Shown: positions 18,143-27,737 of the stretch, one piece after another | Layout of the letters: every line of letters begins with the position of its first letter | Numbering within the stretch: position 1 is the stretch's first letter | DNA from: a virus | Taxonomy: Duplodnaviria > Caudoviricetes | Direction: 5' to 3' (one strand) | DNA length: 39,840 nucleotides | IMG/VR virus record: IMGVR_UViG_3300042997_001509 | Coordinates: 1 to 39,840 of that record | The notes under the pieces: model-generated | What the model was told of the DNA's origin: nothing | Databases searched by the model: none | What the model saw: only the letters and a program-made list of their open reading frames with translations | Program-made: the position numbers and the translations under genes

Positions 18143-19426
18143 TTAATTTTGTGCTCTTCTTTTGAGAGCGTCCATATAGTTATTAGAATAACCGCGTAGA
18201 CTTTCGTTTATTTGTTTGTACGATACGTAACCTTCTTTACCTTGGTTTTCGTTAATAGAATTATTATTTATAAGTGACTCAGTTGCGATTCTTTCATTAA
18301 TTCCTCTGAAATCGCGAGAATCCCAGAAAGATTTAACTTGGTATGCAGTGTTTAGAGTTAAATTGTTAGCTTGAGCAGCAATCCAATTTTTCTCTCCGTC
18401 ATTCATGCTTTCAAATACTGTTTTATAGGCAGCCGGCATAAATTTAATATAACTAGGAGTGTTTTCAACTTGTTTGTTAAGAACTGCTTCCATTAAGTTA
18501 ACTACTTCTTCTTCGTTAAAGTAGATTGCTCCACTAAGAGTTTCAACAATTGCACTCTTGGTAGCTTGGTCTAAGCTATAGAAAGCTTGTTTACGACCTT
18601 CGTTTAACAACTTTAAGAAAGGATACTTATTTTCTAAAACGGCTTTAGCTGAGTTAGATTTGATGTGATTTAATATACCGTCTACTGCATTTGCTAAGTC
18701 ATCAACTGAAGAAGTTTCATTGATTTCAAATTCAACACCTTCGTTTAATTTTTTAACTTCTCCTAATAAAGAACGAGTCTTAGTCGTAGCTCCTGGAGTT
18801 ATTTTTTCGTTTAATGATTCTGCGATATACTCAGAGTATTTAATACCTTTGTTTAAATTCTCTCCTAAATAGTTAGAGTATTTAATAGCATCTTCTAAGT
18901 TTTCAGCTAGATAGTTAGAGTATTGAAGACCTTGTTCTGCACTTTCTGCAACGTATTCTGCATATTGAATGCCTCTGTCAACGTTCTCAGCTAAGTAGTT
19001 AGTGTACTCTACTGTTCTTTCAACGTTTTCAGCAACGTACTCAGTGTAGTTGATAGTTTCATTTAACTTTTCGCCAACATATTCAGAGTAAGCGATATTC
19101 TTTTGAACTTTTCCACCAAGATAGTCAGAATAGTCAATAACATTATTAACTTTTTCTGCAACATGCTCGGTGTAGTTTATACCTTTACCTAACATAGTTG
19201 ATAGGTAGTTAGAGTATTCTACTAGTTGCTCCATTTCGCCTGCAAGGTAGTTAACATATTCAACCATCTTAGCAACAACTGGTGATTCGCCTGTTGAACT
19301 TTCAGCGATCTTTTGAAGACCTGAATTATTTTTAGAGATACTTTCTTGAAGAGCTGAGAATTTCTTCTTAACCAATTCTGAATATTGGTTCATCTCTTCT
19401 CTTGTTACATGCTCATTATTAGCCAT
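18143..19426 (-). CDS. Predicted nested in-frame scaffold protein (427 aa, MANNEHVTREE...)
   Basis: In-frame ATG at 19426 preceded by CAAAATAATAC (19434-19444) and AATAAATAAT (19463-19472). Confidence 0.5.
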   Translation of the reverse strand: MANNEHVTREEMNQYSELVKKKFSALQESISKNNSGLQKIAESSTGESPVVAKMVEYVNYLAGEMEQLVEYSNYLSTMLGKGINYTEHVAEKVNNVIDYSDYLGGKVQKNIAYSEYVGEKLNETINYTEYVAENVERTVEYTNYLAENVDRGIQYAEYVAESAEQGLQYSNYLAENLEDAIKYSNYLGENLNKGIKYSEYIAESLNEKITPGATTKTRSLLGEVKKLNEGVEFEINETSSVDDLANAVDGILNHIKSNSAKAVLENKYPFLKLLNEGRKQAFYSLDQATKSAIVETLSGAIYFNEEEVVNLMEAVLNKQVENTPSYIKFMPAAYKTVFESMNDGEKNWIAAQANNLTLNTAYQVKSFWDSRDFRGINERIATESLINNNSINENQGKEGYVSYKQINESLRGYSNNYMDALKRRAQN

Positions 19427-20170
19427 TTGCTGTGTATTATTTTGTTTAGTTTGAATTTCAGAATTATTTATTTGATAAATCTTCACAGAATCCTCGAAAT
19501 TAAAATTCTCGGAAATATCTGTTAACCTGCTAGTGATTGCAGTTGTTTTTAGGGTGTCTAGTGACTCGAATACTGATGAGAAGTTATTCTGTAAACTCTC
19601 AGACACTTGACTTAAAGAAGCTTGAGAGAATCCTGGCTCTGCTACTAGATCATAGGTAAAGATCTTTTGTAGACTAACTTCGCCATTGCTACCAACATTT
19701 CCTGCTGCTCTTGACGAGATTGAGATTGTACAACCTGCGTTAACTAGTGTCTTGGAAATACGGCCACATGGCGTATCTAACAACTGAAGTTTAATTTTTA
19801 CGCTGTTTGACGGTTCATCATAAGTAAGCGCTAAAATTACGTGAGATACGTTAGCTAATGAAACATCAAATTTTTGTGGGTGGTCAAGTTCACCGAATAG
19901 CCTGCGCTCTTCGATCTTCTTGTTTAGGTATTCTAAATGCGGTAGATATTCTTGTTTTTCGTAAATACGATTATTTTCGTTCTTTACTCCAAAAACAGCT
20001 GCTGTACCTTCTAAGATAATATCATTATCCTCTCCTCTAGTTACCGTAACAGCTTCGTTAATACGTTCAATGATAAACACTGCGTTTTCAGGAAGAGCTG
20101 TTTGATTTAGACTTTTAATAGTGTTAGTAGCCAACTTAGTCAGACTTTTTTGATTATTTATACGTGCCAC
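18143..20170 (-). CDS. Prohead protease (gp21-like) fused to scaffold/core-like coiled-coil region
   Basis: LEG, NENNRIY, GELDHP, VSH, LLDTPCG, ISSRAAG, TYDLVAEPGF in the first ~185 aa, then a long repetitive helical region; directly upstream of the capsid gene. Confidence 0.9.
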   Translation of the reverse strand: MARINNQKSLTKLATNTIKSLNQTALPENAVFIIERINEAVTVTRGEDNDIILEGTAAVFGVKNENNRIYEKQEYLPHLEYLNKKIEERRLFGELDHPQKFDVSLANVSHVILALTYDEPSNSVKIKLQLLDTPCGRISKTLVNAGCTISISSRAAGNVGSNGEVSLQKIFTYDLVAEPGFSQASLSQVSESLQNNFSSVFESLDTLKTTAITSRLTDISENFNFEDSVKIYQINNSEIQTKQNNTQQMANNEHVTREEMNQYSELVKKKFSALQESISKNNSGLQKIAESSTGESPVVAKMVEYVNYLAGEMEQLVEYSNYLSTMLGKGINYTEHVAEKVNNVIDYSDYLGGKVQKNIAYSEYVGEKLNETINYTEYVAENVERTVEYTNYLAENVDRGIQYAEYVAESAEQGLQYSNYLAENLEDAIKYSNYLGENLNKGIKYSEYIAESLNEKITPGATTKTRSLLGEVKKLNEGVEFEINETSSVDDLANAVDGILNHIKSNSAKAVLENKYPFLKLLNEGRKQAFYSLDQATKSAIVETLSGAIYFNEEEVVNLMEAVLNKQVENTPSYIKFMPAAYKTVFESMNDGEKNWIAAQANNLTLNTAYQVKSFWDSRDFRGINERIATESLINNNSINENQGKEGYVSYKQINESLRGYSNNYMDALKRRAQN
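18265..18272 (-). promoter_or_regulatory. Exact T4-type late promoter TATAAATA inside the protease/scaffold gene
   Basis: About 140 nt upstream of the capsid ATG; followed by AT as in some other copies. Confidence 0.5.
18803..19264 (-). repeat. Eleven imperfect 14-aa (42-bp) repeats, consensus (I/V)xY(S/T)(N/E)Y(L/V)AE
   Basis: Counted from VEYVNYLAGEMEQL to IKYSEYIAESLNE. Confidence 0.85.
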
Positions 20171-20199
20171 CTACTATACATAGTGAAGCCGTACTAACA

Positions 20200-21081
20200 T
20201 TATTTATTAGTGCTAATCAGTATATCTTTCATTGTCTGTAACTCTTCTTCACTAATCTTAGAAAAATCCGGACGTTTCACTAGTATCTTAAATATGAAGC
20301 TGCCACGTTTACCAAACGCTGATATTATGCCCTGATCAGGTATCTTAACCGTTAGATCACTAATCGTATCTTTATTGAATGACTTGATTCTAAACTTTTT
20401 GCCCATTGGGCTCTCTAGGATGATTTCTTCGTTAAATAATACATCATATAGACTCATCTCAACTATATGAATGATGTCGCTATTTTCTATTTCCAGACCC
20501 AACATATCAATGTTTATTCTGATAATTAAGTCGCCAGTTGCTGTGACATTTCTTTTTCTACCAAAGAAATCAGTATCTTCAACGTCTTGTTGAGATCCGG
20601 CTCCTCTAACTTTTAAAATAACACAGTACCTGCCATTTTCTATAGTGATCGGGTAGGCGTCATTGCCTAAATTAAGCTTAACATTAATTCTTTTTGACTC
20701 GGTTTTTGCTGACCCAGCTGATGTTTTTGAAACCGTGTACTGTATATCAAAGTCAGCACCATCCATTAATTCCTTAATTGTTGCCCATTTGTCTATAGTT
20801 ATTGATAAGTACCGAAAGTCTGAAGTTCTTCTAGTAAATTCATGAAATGACCCAAATTGGTCAAAATTATTATTGGGGTTTCTAGAAGAGTCATAGGCTT
20901 TACGCTTGTCTTCGGAACCTATAGTTTCGTATGCAGCGGCTATGTCTTTAAACTTATCTTCAGCGCCGTCCTCTTTATTCTTATCTGGATGATATTTTAT
21001 CGCGAGCTTGCGATACGCCTTTTTAATTTCGTCTTGGGTTGAAGTTTCGTTTACTCCAAGTATATCATAGTAATTCTTCAA
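20200..21081 (-). CDS. dnaJ: DnaJ-family co-chaperone (class B-like, no zinc finger)
   Basis: [32 protein letters not shown]-terminal substrate-binding-like domain; TTG start. Confidence 0.92.
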   Translation of the reverse strand: MKNYYDILGVNETSTQDEIKKAYRKLAIKYHPDKNKEDGAEDKFKDIAAAYETIGSEDKRKAYDSSRNPNNNFDQFGSFHEFTRRTSDFRYLSITIDKWATIKELMDGADFDIQYTVSKTSAGSAKTESKRINVKLNLGNDAYPITIENGRYCVILKVRGAGSQQDVEDTDFFGRKRNVTATGDLIIRINIDMLGLEIENSDIIHIVEMSLYDVLFNEEIILESPMGKKFRIKSFNKDTISDLTVKIPDQGIISAFGKRGSFIFKILVKRPDFSKISEEELQTMKDILISTNK

Positions 21082-21107
21082 GATAAAGGGTCAAGTCAAT
21101 TATTTAC

Positions 21108-21137
21108 AGTATAATACTAACTAACCTAACTAAGTTT
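21108..21137 (-). promoter_or_regulatory. Bipartite motif AAACTT-N14-GTATTATACT upstream of dnaJ
   Basis: Same architecture as the replication-gene motif. Confidence 0.5.
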
Positions 21138-21139
21138 AG

Positions 21140-21940
21140 TTACTTTCCAATTGAGACCGTTTCAGATAAAAACGAGTCTTTCATATTATTAACAAACTGC
21201 TGAGCAGCTCCAGCGGTTACTGGCATTTTAGCATCAATCATTGCAGCTAGGCCTAGCATTGTAGCATATAGGGAATCTCCCATAACTGCGCTCTGTACAA
21301 CATTTGAAGCTCCAAGTCGAGTTGTTTGCCCATCAATGTGTACTGTTTGAGCTGTTGTTTTTATTGCGTTTGATATAACATTTACATTTGACTGACTCAT
21401 TACAGTAATCACATTACCATCTAATTCAACTGATGAAAGTCCGTCCTTATGATAAATTTCAATCTTTGAATTTTGATCAATGTTAATGTAAGAATCTTTC
21501 ATTTCAAATGTCAAACCTCGGCCTTTAGTAAAATACATTTTAATCTTCTCATCTCCATCAAACAGGAAATAGTGAGCGCCTTCATATTCGTAAATTGTAC
21601 TCTTCTGTAATTCCTCCTTAATATCATCTCCAATCTCTTGCACTTGCTCGTATTCTGGAGAGTACAGATCACCATTATTAAATCTAACGTTAACAATTGC
21701 TCCTTTTTTAGGAATTGAAATTGACCCAGCCTTTGCGTCCTGCCCAAAGAATGCAGGTTTTTGAGATTGTACTGCCCATGGAATATCATCAACTACTAAT
21801 GAATCAAATATGCTAAACACTTTAACTTTACAACGGCCTTCTCTCAAAGGATCATTCACGTCAACTACTTCACCTAAGTATTTAGTTGTTAGCCTATCAG
21901 ATCCAGTAGGATCCTTAAAAATTTCATGATTAGTATTCAT
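21140..21940 (-). CDS. Baseplate central spike/hub protein (gp5 N-terminal OB-fold / GpV-like)
   Basis: YLGEVVDVNDPLREGRCKVKV...DIPWA...IPKKGAIVNVRF.NGD..SP, then beta-helix-like C-terminus; no lysozyme domain. Confidence 0.85.
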   Translation of the reverse strand: MNTNHEIFKDPTGSDRLTTKYLGEVVDVNDPLREGRCKVKVFSIFDSLVVDDIPWAVQSQKPAFFGQDAKAGSISIPKKGAIVNVRFNNGDLYSPEYEQVQEIGDDIKEELQKSTIYEYEGAHYFLFDGDEKIKMYFTKGRGLTFEMKDSYINIDQNSKIEIYHKDGLSSVELDGNVITVMSQSNVNVISNAIKTTAQTVHIDGQTTRLGASNVVQSAVMGDSLYATMLGLAAMIDAKMPVTAGAAQQFVNNMKDSFLSETVSIGK

Positions 21941-21953
21941 TAACTACTGTATT

Positions 21954-23036
21954 TTATGGATAAACGTCTCCAAGCTGGCCATCCGTAACAATTGGATTAG
22001 CTATATCTTCTTGGTAAACGTCATCATTTACTGATAATCCTCCTCCTGGTCCAACTGGCGATCTTCTGCCAAAGACTTCGTTTGTGGATAAGACCTCATT
22101 ACTTCTATTATACACGTTTTGTGCTAAAGAGGTTTCAAGACCTGTTTGTAATCGATTAGTTAGGTCTCCAATTAATCTGGCTGGCAAACTTGCAGCACTA
22201 CTTAAGAATCTTTGAGCTCGGCCTTCAAGAGTATTCATAATTCCTGAAAAAATACCAAGAGAATGATAATCAGATTCTGTTGAAAATTCAGATTCCTCAA
22301 TTACCCAATCTGCTTTAATCTTAAATGACGTTGTAAAAGGTTGGTCAGTTGAATAAGCTTTAACCTCGGTCATTGTTGGCCCAGATAAGATTTGATCAAA
22401 GTCAAATTCGCAACGTTGTAGTCTGTACTTTAATTGATACAATCCATTGGTTAATCTACCTCGGTCATCAAGGATATCTCTAATCTCAAACAGGGTAATT
22501 GTCATATCAAAGGTTCTAAGATTATCCGGTAAGGTGTAAGACAATCGGTCTTGATCGAATATTGCTTGTCTATAATAGTTTGCGAATCTAAGTAAAGGTT
22601 GTTGAATTGTGTCAATACAGTTAATTGTTATCTCAGCTTTCTTATCGCCTTGCTTTACTCTGCTTGCTGCTTTCCATAATGAATCTATTCCAGTAATTGA
22701 CTGAAAGTACCATGGGCTGTCCTGTATTTGGTTAAGCAGCACGGTTGCCGCCATCAGCTTATCAGATTTAGTTTTTGTCCAAGGTGACCCATACTCCATT
22801 AACCAATCAATTGCTGGCCATTCAACAAAGTTAAACTTATTTTTACCTGGGTCAGTTTCAGCTAAGCTTGGTTTAAATAAAGCGTCATAATGCAATGCTA
22901 CTTGATCGCCACCTAGATAGTATTTAGGTGGAAAGAAATCTATATCAAATGTTAAAAAGGTAGGATCTTGTAAATCACTAAGTGAGCTCTTTACAAATTG
23001 TTTCCATCTTTTTGGTCCGTTTATTAATTGAGCCAT
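21954..23036 (-). CDS. Putative baseplate/tail-tube initiator-like structural protein
   Basis: Located in baseplate cluster; tube-like segments (YFQSITGID, ITINCIDT, FDMTITLFE). Confidence 0.45.
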   Translation of the reverse strand: MAQLINGPKRWKQFVKSSLSDLQDPTFLTFDIDFFPPKYYLGGDQVALHYDALFKPSLAETDPGKNKFNFVEWPAIDWLMEYGSPWTKTKSDKLMAATVLLNQIQDSPWYFQSITGIDSLWKAASRVKQGDKKAEITINCIDTIQQPLLRFANYYRQAIFDQDRLSYTLPDNLRTFDMTITLFEIRDILDDRGRLTNGLYQLKYRLQRCEFDFDQILSGPTMTEVKAYSTDQPFTTSFKIKADWVIEESEFSTESDYHSLGIFSGIMNTLEGRAQRFLSSAASLPARLIGDLTNRLQTGLETSLAQNVYNRSNEVLSTNEVFGRRSPVGPGGGLSVNDDVYQEDIANPIVTDGQLGDVYP

Positions 23037-23039
23037 TTT

Positions 23040-24530
23040 TTAAACTATATTTTCCATTTTTGGTTCAGGCACCCAATTTCTTCTACATAGAATTAATTCA
23101 GTGCTAAATGATTTTTCAGGTCTTTGAACATCGTATCTGTAAATAATTTCCTTAACATAATACGTATCGCTTAAGTATTTGTCCAAAATTAAGTCAGTCA
23201 TCTTTGCACTATTGGTGCCTTCTATTTTTTGACTATCATCAACAGCCATGTCATCTTCTAAATTACCGTCCATTATCTTTTTTGAACGGGTGTCATAAAT
23301 ATCTACCTTTAATCGGCTTCCTCTAGTTATGCTATGATTGAAACCTGGCAGTTTAACCTTTAGTACGTTCTTTTCAGCCTCAATTCGATTATGCGTATTT
23401 AATAGCTTTGCAAATTTATAATTATCATGAGCATTACTATAGTCAGTTCCCATCCATTTTACAATATCATTCTCTAAGTAGTCAGTTAATTCTGGTGCTT
23501 GATATGCAGTTACTCCATCCGGTGAAGGTTCTGAAATTGGTTCTGAAAACCAGTTCTTTACTGGAGAATCTTCTCCATGTCGATAAAGTACAACTCTCTT
23601 ACGAAAGCCTTCAGTCTTTAGAATATCTCCATTATCGCCAATCATTGAGTACTCCAATATTCGTAATTCCGAACCAATCGGCCCAGCGTCAATATTGGTT
23701 AATAATAGTGGAATCGTATTATCTGCTCCATCTGGTACGTTACCAGCTTCAGTTCTAGCTGAGTCCAAAAATTCCGGAGAATACGATGGATATGTTACTG
23801 GTAATTCTTCGTCCTTTTTATATTGTTTAAATTGTTTTTCAACATTTACAAAATTAAGAACGTAATATCGGTCAATAAAACAATCAAAGAATGTTTTTTC
23901 AGTTTTATATGCATGATCAACTACATGTTTTATAAATGCTTTGTAGTTTAAGTTAGGATTAATCCACGTCATTGTATCATTAGTTGAATCTTCATTATTA
24001 GCATAACCTAATCCTAATTCTTCTGCGATCTTCTTTAGTGTTTGAGCAGATGATAGTTTAGAATACGACTTTATAAAATTTCCATTTAATTTTGGAATGT
24101 ATAGTTCTCCAAAGAAATCATATCTAGTTGAATATCCTCCAAGCGGAATTGACTGAATATTAGTTATCAAGAAAGTTTGAGCAAATGACATTAATTTTGG
24201 ATGGCCAGGTGCAACATATACGCTCATTAATGGATTTGTTTTTGGAAAACCAACTGAAGTTAATGAACCGGTAGAATCAATCATAGTTAAGTGAATTGTC
24301 GGAATCAACGAATCTGTATAAACGTTCATTGATATAATACTGTCTGGCTGGATTCTAGCATTTCCTATTTTAACAAGCGGAGATTTTCTGCCCAACTGTT
24401 GAGCATAGCCTGAACTCTTAGGATCCCTAATTGATTTACCGGATTCAGGTGTCTCCAAATCAAGCACATCAATGCTCGGCGGAGTTAGCTTTGGCTCAAG
24501 GTATTTTAATATTTGATCACTAAGCGCCAT
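23040..24530 (-). CDS. Putative baseplate hub protein (gp27/GpD-like)
   Basis: Between LysM/gp53-like and gp5-like genes; LKKIAEELGL and C-terminal YLSDTYYVKEI...ELIL pattern. Confidence 0.55.
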   Translation of the reverse strand: MALSDQILKYLEPKLTPPSIDVLDLETPESGKSIRDPKSSGYAQQLGRKSPLVKIGNARIQPDSIISMNVYTDSLIPTIHLTMIDSTGSLTSVGFPKTNPLMSVYVAPGHPKLMSFAQTFLITNIQSIPLGGYSTRYDFFGELYIPKLNGNFIKSYSKLSSAQTLKKIAEELGLGYANNEDSTNDTMTWINPNLNYKAFIKHVVDHAYKTEKTFFDCFIDRYYVLNFVNVEKQFKQYKKDEELPVTYPSYSPEFLDSARTEAGNVPDGADNTIPLLLTNIDAGPIGSELRILEYSMIGDNGDILKTEGFRKRVVLYRHGEDSPVKNWFSEPISEPSPDGVTAYQAPELTDYLENDIVKWMGTDYSNAHDNYKFAKLLNTHNRIEAEKNVLKVKLPGFNHSITRGSRLKVDIYDTRSKKIMDGNLEDDMAVDDSQKIEGTNSAKMTDLILDKYLSDTYYVKEIIYRYDVQRPEKSFSTELILCRRNWVPEPKMENIV

Positions 24531-25129
24531 TAACCACTAATTTTATTTTTTAATAATGTTGCCTGCAGTTTAGTTCTTGAAATTGGATCTGGACAATCCT
24601 CTTTCTTTATTGAGGTAACATCAGTTCCAAAAACAATTTTACCATTAACCACCTTAACCGATGTGTCTTTAGCAATATTAGTTGGCGCAACCACCGCACC
24701 TGCAGTTTTCTGCAAATAATCCAATCTATTCTTATCCTGTTTAGTCTTGGGTTGAATAAAGGCAGTTCGCTTCTTCTTTCTGGTAGAAGTTTGCCAATTA
24801 TTATTAGATCCGTTAATATCAACTGGATTAGTTAGCATACCTGAGAGAACTTCTCCATCTGGCACTCTAATTAGATCATTAACATTTATTGAAAATGGAT
24901 TAGATATTCCGTTGTATTTAAGTAGAATACATAGGAAGTTAGTAGTTTGATAGAAGATCTTTGAGATAAGGTCGCCTCGCATTTGAACTCCTTCTTCTAC
25001 ATTATACAATTTTCCTTGACCTACTAATACTCCCCTAAAAGTTACGCTTCTACGAGTAAGATCGTCAACCTCATCACCATTAGTCTTGGTGAATCTTTTT
25101 TTATTTTGAAAAATACTTAATGATAACAT
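24530..25129 (-). CDS. Baseplate wedge protein with LysM-like fold (gp53-like)
   Basis: RGDLISKIFY...ILLKYNGISNPFSINVNDLIRVP; start moved to ATG 25129 to remove the overlap. Confidence 0.7.
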   Translation of the reverse strand: MLSLSIFQNKKRFTKTNGDEVDDLTRRSVTFRGVLVGQGKLYNVEEGVQMRGDLISKIFYQTTNFLCILLKYNGISNPFSINVNDLIRVPDGEVLSGMLTNPVDINGSNNNWQTSTRKKKRTAFIQPKTKQDKNRLDYLQKTAGAVVAPTNIAKDTSVKVVNGKIVFGTDVTSIKKEDCPDPISRTKLQATLLKNKISG

Positions 25130-25139
25130 TATAATTTGG

Positions 25140-27137
25140 TTAGTTTTGGCCGTACGATCTTTGATAATATAATAGTAGTAAACTATCATCAATTAGTCCG
25201 CCTGCCTCCAATGAGGCCGCTTTATCTGATCCAGGTAAAGGTATACCGTATCCCTGTAAAAATCTATTTCTAAAACCATCATATACGGCTTTATCTCCAC
25301 TCTTCATTTTTCCGTAATATGCATCCAGACTAGTTTTAGATGCAGCTCCGTCAGTTTTAACAAGTTCATCCCAGTCTTTAGTATTCTTTTCGCCAAATGT
25401 ATCTTCTAATGTAGATGACTTGATTCGACTAGAGGTCAATTTAGTTTCACCAGCGTTAAGCATTCTTTCAATAGCAGTCTTATCTCTAGGCTTGCCTTGC
25501 TTTAAGGTTACGGTAAATGAAACACCAGTTGGAAAATCGTCTGGTCCAATTTCAGCATCCCATTCCATTGAAACATTTGTGCACATTAGATCTCCCATTA
25601 CAAAAATAGGATTCATTGGATTTCCAACAACCAGGTGCCATTCTCCGACTGGCCTATCTGACAAGGCTGATTTAATTGAAATCAAATCCGGAATCGCATT
25701 TCCAAGTCTTGCCATAAGTGCTGTTTGTAATGCATCACCAGTTAATTTAGCTGGGTCGTTTATTAATTTACTAGCCGCACTACTTGCGGCATTTGTAAAG
25801 TTAGCAATTAATTTTGTAAATTGCTCAGCATTATTACCTGAGTAAGTTGATCCCCAATTGCTTAATAATTTGCCTAAGGCTTCATTTGTACTTGGGTCAA
25901 ATTTCAATCCAAGTTTAGGATAGTATCGAGCTAATTGATTTAAGAACTGTGCATCATTGTATGTTAAGTTAATAAAGTTAGAAATTAAGTCTAGTGCTGC
26001 AACTTTTGGGCTCAATCCATTAAATGATCTAAATGCATATTGAAACTTAACTGTAATTGGATTAATCCAATTTGAATTCTGCATTCCTCTAGACCTGCGA
26101 CTAGTTTGATGGATTACGTTAACTGGCCCGTAAATTCTATTCCAATAAGGACCTGTTGTATACAAGTTCTTTTGGTATTTTTGCATTTTGTCTTCGTATC
26201 CTGAAATTTGTTGAATATTAGCGTCTTTTCCATTAAACGAGGCGTATGCCGTTTCCAATGCGCCTTTAACCGCATCTCCTCCAGGAAGTCCTGCAACCGC
26301 CGATAGTAAGTCGCTAAATGTTACTTCATTACCGGTAACTTCCTGTTCAGACACTGGCAATGTTTCCCATGGCATATCCCATGAAAATACTCCTAGTTTA
26401 TTCAAATCATTGCCAGTGTCTGAACCAAACCATGTCACAGCTTGTGTAACTGGAATAGCATTTCGACGCTGATCAGTTGTTCCGATTCTTAAAGTATCTC
26501 CTATTGGAAATGGATAACGTCTTAGGGTAACCAATCTATTATTTGGAATTTTTCCGTAATACTTACAGAACATGAAGTCAGTTAGAGAATAGGGTTGGAA
26601 ACCTACTGATGTGCCAGCCGATACTTCTGCTCCCCATTTTTGCAAGTGAGATGCTGTCGGATTAGACAGAATTCCATGTTGATTAGCTCTAAAACTTCTA
26701 GCCGATTGGGCAGTTCTACCCTGTCGTGCTTCCCATTGCTCTAATTGCTGCTTTAAATATTCTGCCTGCTGACTATTATCTTCAGCTTGACGTTTTGCAC
26801 TTTCGAGTTGGGCTTTTTGTATAATAGATTCAGCAACTGAATCTTCAACATATTCTTTGTCTGTTTTTAATCGTGTTGAGTAGCCAATAAAGTGACCTTC
26901 AGTTCGGTATTTGGCTCCAGCATTTAATGGAGAGTATTGAAACACTGCAAATTTATTAAATATTGAGCTAACATTATGCTGGACAATTCCATTTTCTGCA
27001 GGCACCAATAACTTTTCAAGAACCGATGCATCTGTTCCAGGGTTTCTCTGTAGCTCGTCCATGTAGTTAATTCCAGGGAAGGCCGCCACTGTTGTTATTA
27101 ATAAGCCAGTTGAATTAGATGAGTCGGATGTTGACAT
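25140..27137 (-). CDS. Putative baseplate/tail structural protein
   Basis: 665 aa; first gene after a late motif; C-terminal WHLVVGNPMNP...GPDDFPT...VTLK tube-like region. Confidence 0.5.
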   Translation of the reverse strand: MSTSDSSNSTGLLITTVAAFPGINYMDELQRNPGTDASVLEKLLVPAENGIVQHNVSSIFNKFAVFQYSPLNAGAKYRTEGHFIGYSTRLKTDKEYVEDSVAESIIQKAQLESAKRQAEDNSQQAEYLKQQLEQWEARQGRTAQSARSFRANQHGILSNPTASHLQKWGAEVSAGTSVGFQPYSLTDFMFCKYYGKIPNNRLVTLRRYPFPIGDTLRIGTTDQRRNAIPVTQAVTWFGSDTGNDLNKLGVFSWDMPWETLPVSEQEVTGNEVTFSDLLSAVAGLPGGDAVKGALETAYASFNGKDANIQQISGYEDKMQKYQKNLYTTGPYWNRIYGPVNVIHQTSRRSRGMQNSNWINPITVKFQYAFRSFNGLSPKVAALDLISNFINLTYNDAQFLNQLARYYPKLGLKFDPSTNEALGKLLSNWGSTYSGNNAEQFTKLIANFTNAASSAASKLINDPAKLTGDALQTALMARLGNAIPDLISIKSALSDRPVGEWHLVVGNPMNPIFVMGDLMCTNVSMEWDAEIGPDDFPTGVSFTVTLKQGKPRDKTAIERMLNAGETKLTSSRIKSSTLEDTFGEKNTKDWDELVKTDGAASKTSLDAYYGKMKSGDKAVYDGFRNRFLQGYGIPLPGSDKAASLEAGGLIDDSLLLLYYQRSYGQN

Positions 27138-27152
27138 ATATTGCAGTTATTT

Positions 27153-27167
27153 CTAGAGTTATTTATC
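27153..27167 (-). promoter_or_regulatory. Late-promoter-like GATAAATAACTCTAG
   Basis: Identical to 918-932; lies between a terminator and the baseplate operon start. Confidence 0.65.
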
Positions 27168-27176
27168 GACCTAACC

Positions 27177-27208
27177 AAAAAAAGGAAGATCGAATGACCT
27201 TCCGTTTT
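27177..27208 (-). terminator. Intrinsic terminator
   Basis: - strand GGAAGGTC-ATTC-GATCTTCC-TTTTTTT. Confidence 0.75.
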
Positions 27209-27233
27209 AATATCTTTAAGTAGCACCGATTTA

Positions 27234-27737
27234 TTAATTTCCTATCTGGATCTTATAAGTCAATTTAGCTGGGTCCAGATCATAATTGTCAGCCATTTCA
27301 ATTTCAATATTGAATGGATATAACGGAAAACCTTCCCAAGCTACCTCAACCCTTTGATAGAATGGCCCAGCATCTTCGATTTCAAAATCGTATCTAGTAC
27401 TATCATCATTTACTTCATTCCAGACACTATAGTCTCCTGCGATATAAACTGATATTAATTCAAAGTCAAAGCTACCAATACCTGATCGATCGTATATTGG
27501 TGCCATACTGAACCTGATTTTAACAGTATCAACACTAGAATCCTCAATCTCAATCAAACCATTTGCCAGTCCCAAATTAGCTAATTCAGCATCATCTGCA
27601 TTATCCTTACCGGTATGAGCTTTAATGGTTAACTTTTTAGGAAAATAGGTATCTATCTCATATCGGTCAAAGCTGTATTCCAACGGCTGACCTGGTTGAC
27701 CTGAGTAGGCTTCAAATAGTTTTACGTGTTTGGTCAT
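27234..27737 (-). CDS. Hypothetical acidic protein (putative internal head protein)
   Basis: N-terminus MTKHVKLFEAY. Confidence 0.7.
   Translation of the reverse strand: MTKHVKLFEAYSGQPGQPLEYSFDRYEIDTYFPKKLTIKAHTGKDNADDAELANLGLANGLIEIEDSSVDTVKIRFSMAPIYDRSGIGSFDFELISVYIAGDYSVWNEVNDDSTRYDFEIEDAGPFYQRVEVAWEGFPLYPFNIEIEMADNYDLDPAKLTYKIQIGN

Noticed and set aside
15970-19264. Tandem repeats as a possible CRISPR array
   Set aside because: Unit lengths are multiples of 3 (57 and 42 bp), lie in frame within ORFs, and lack unique spacers; no cas genes.
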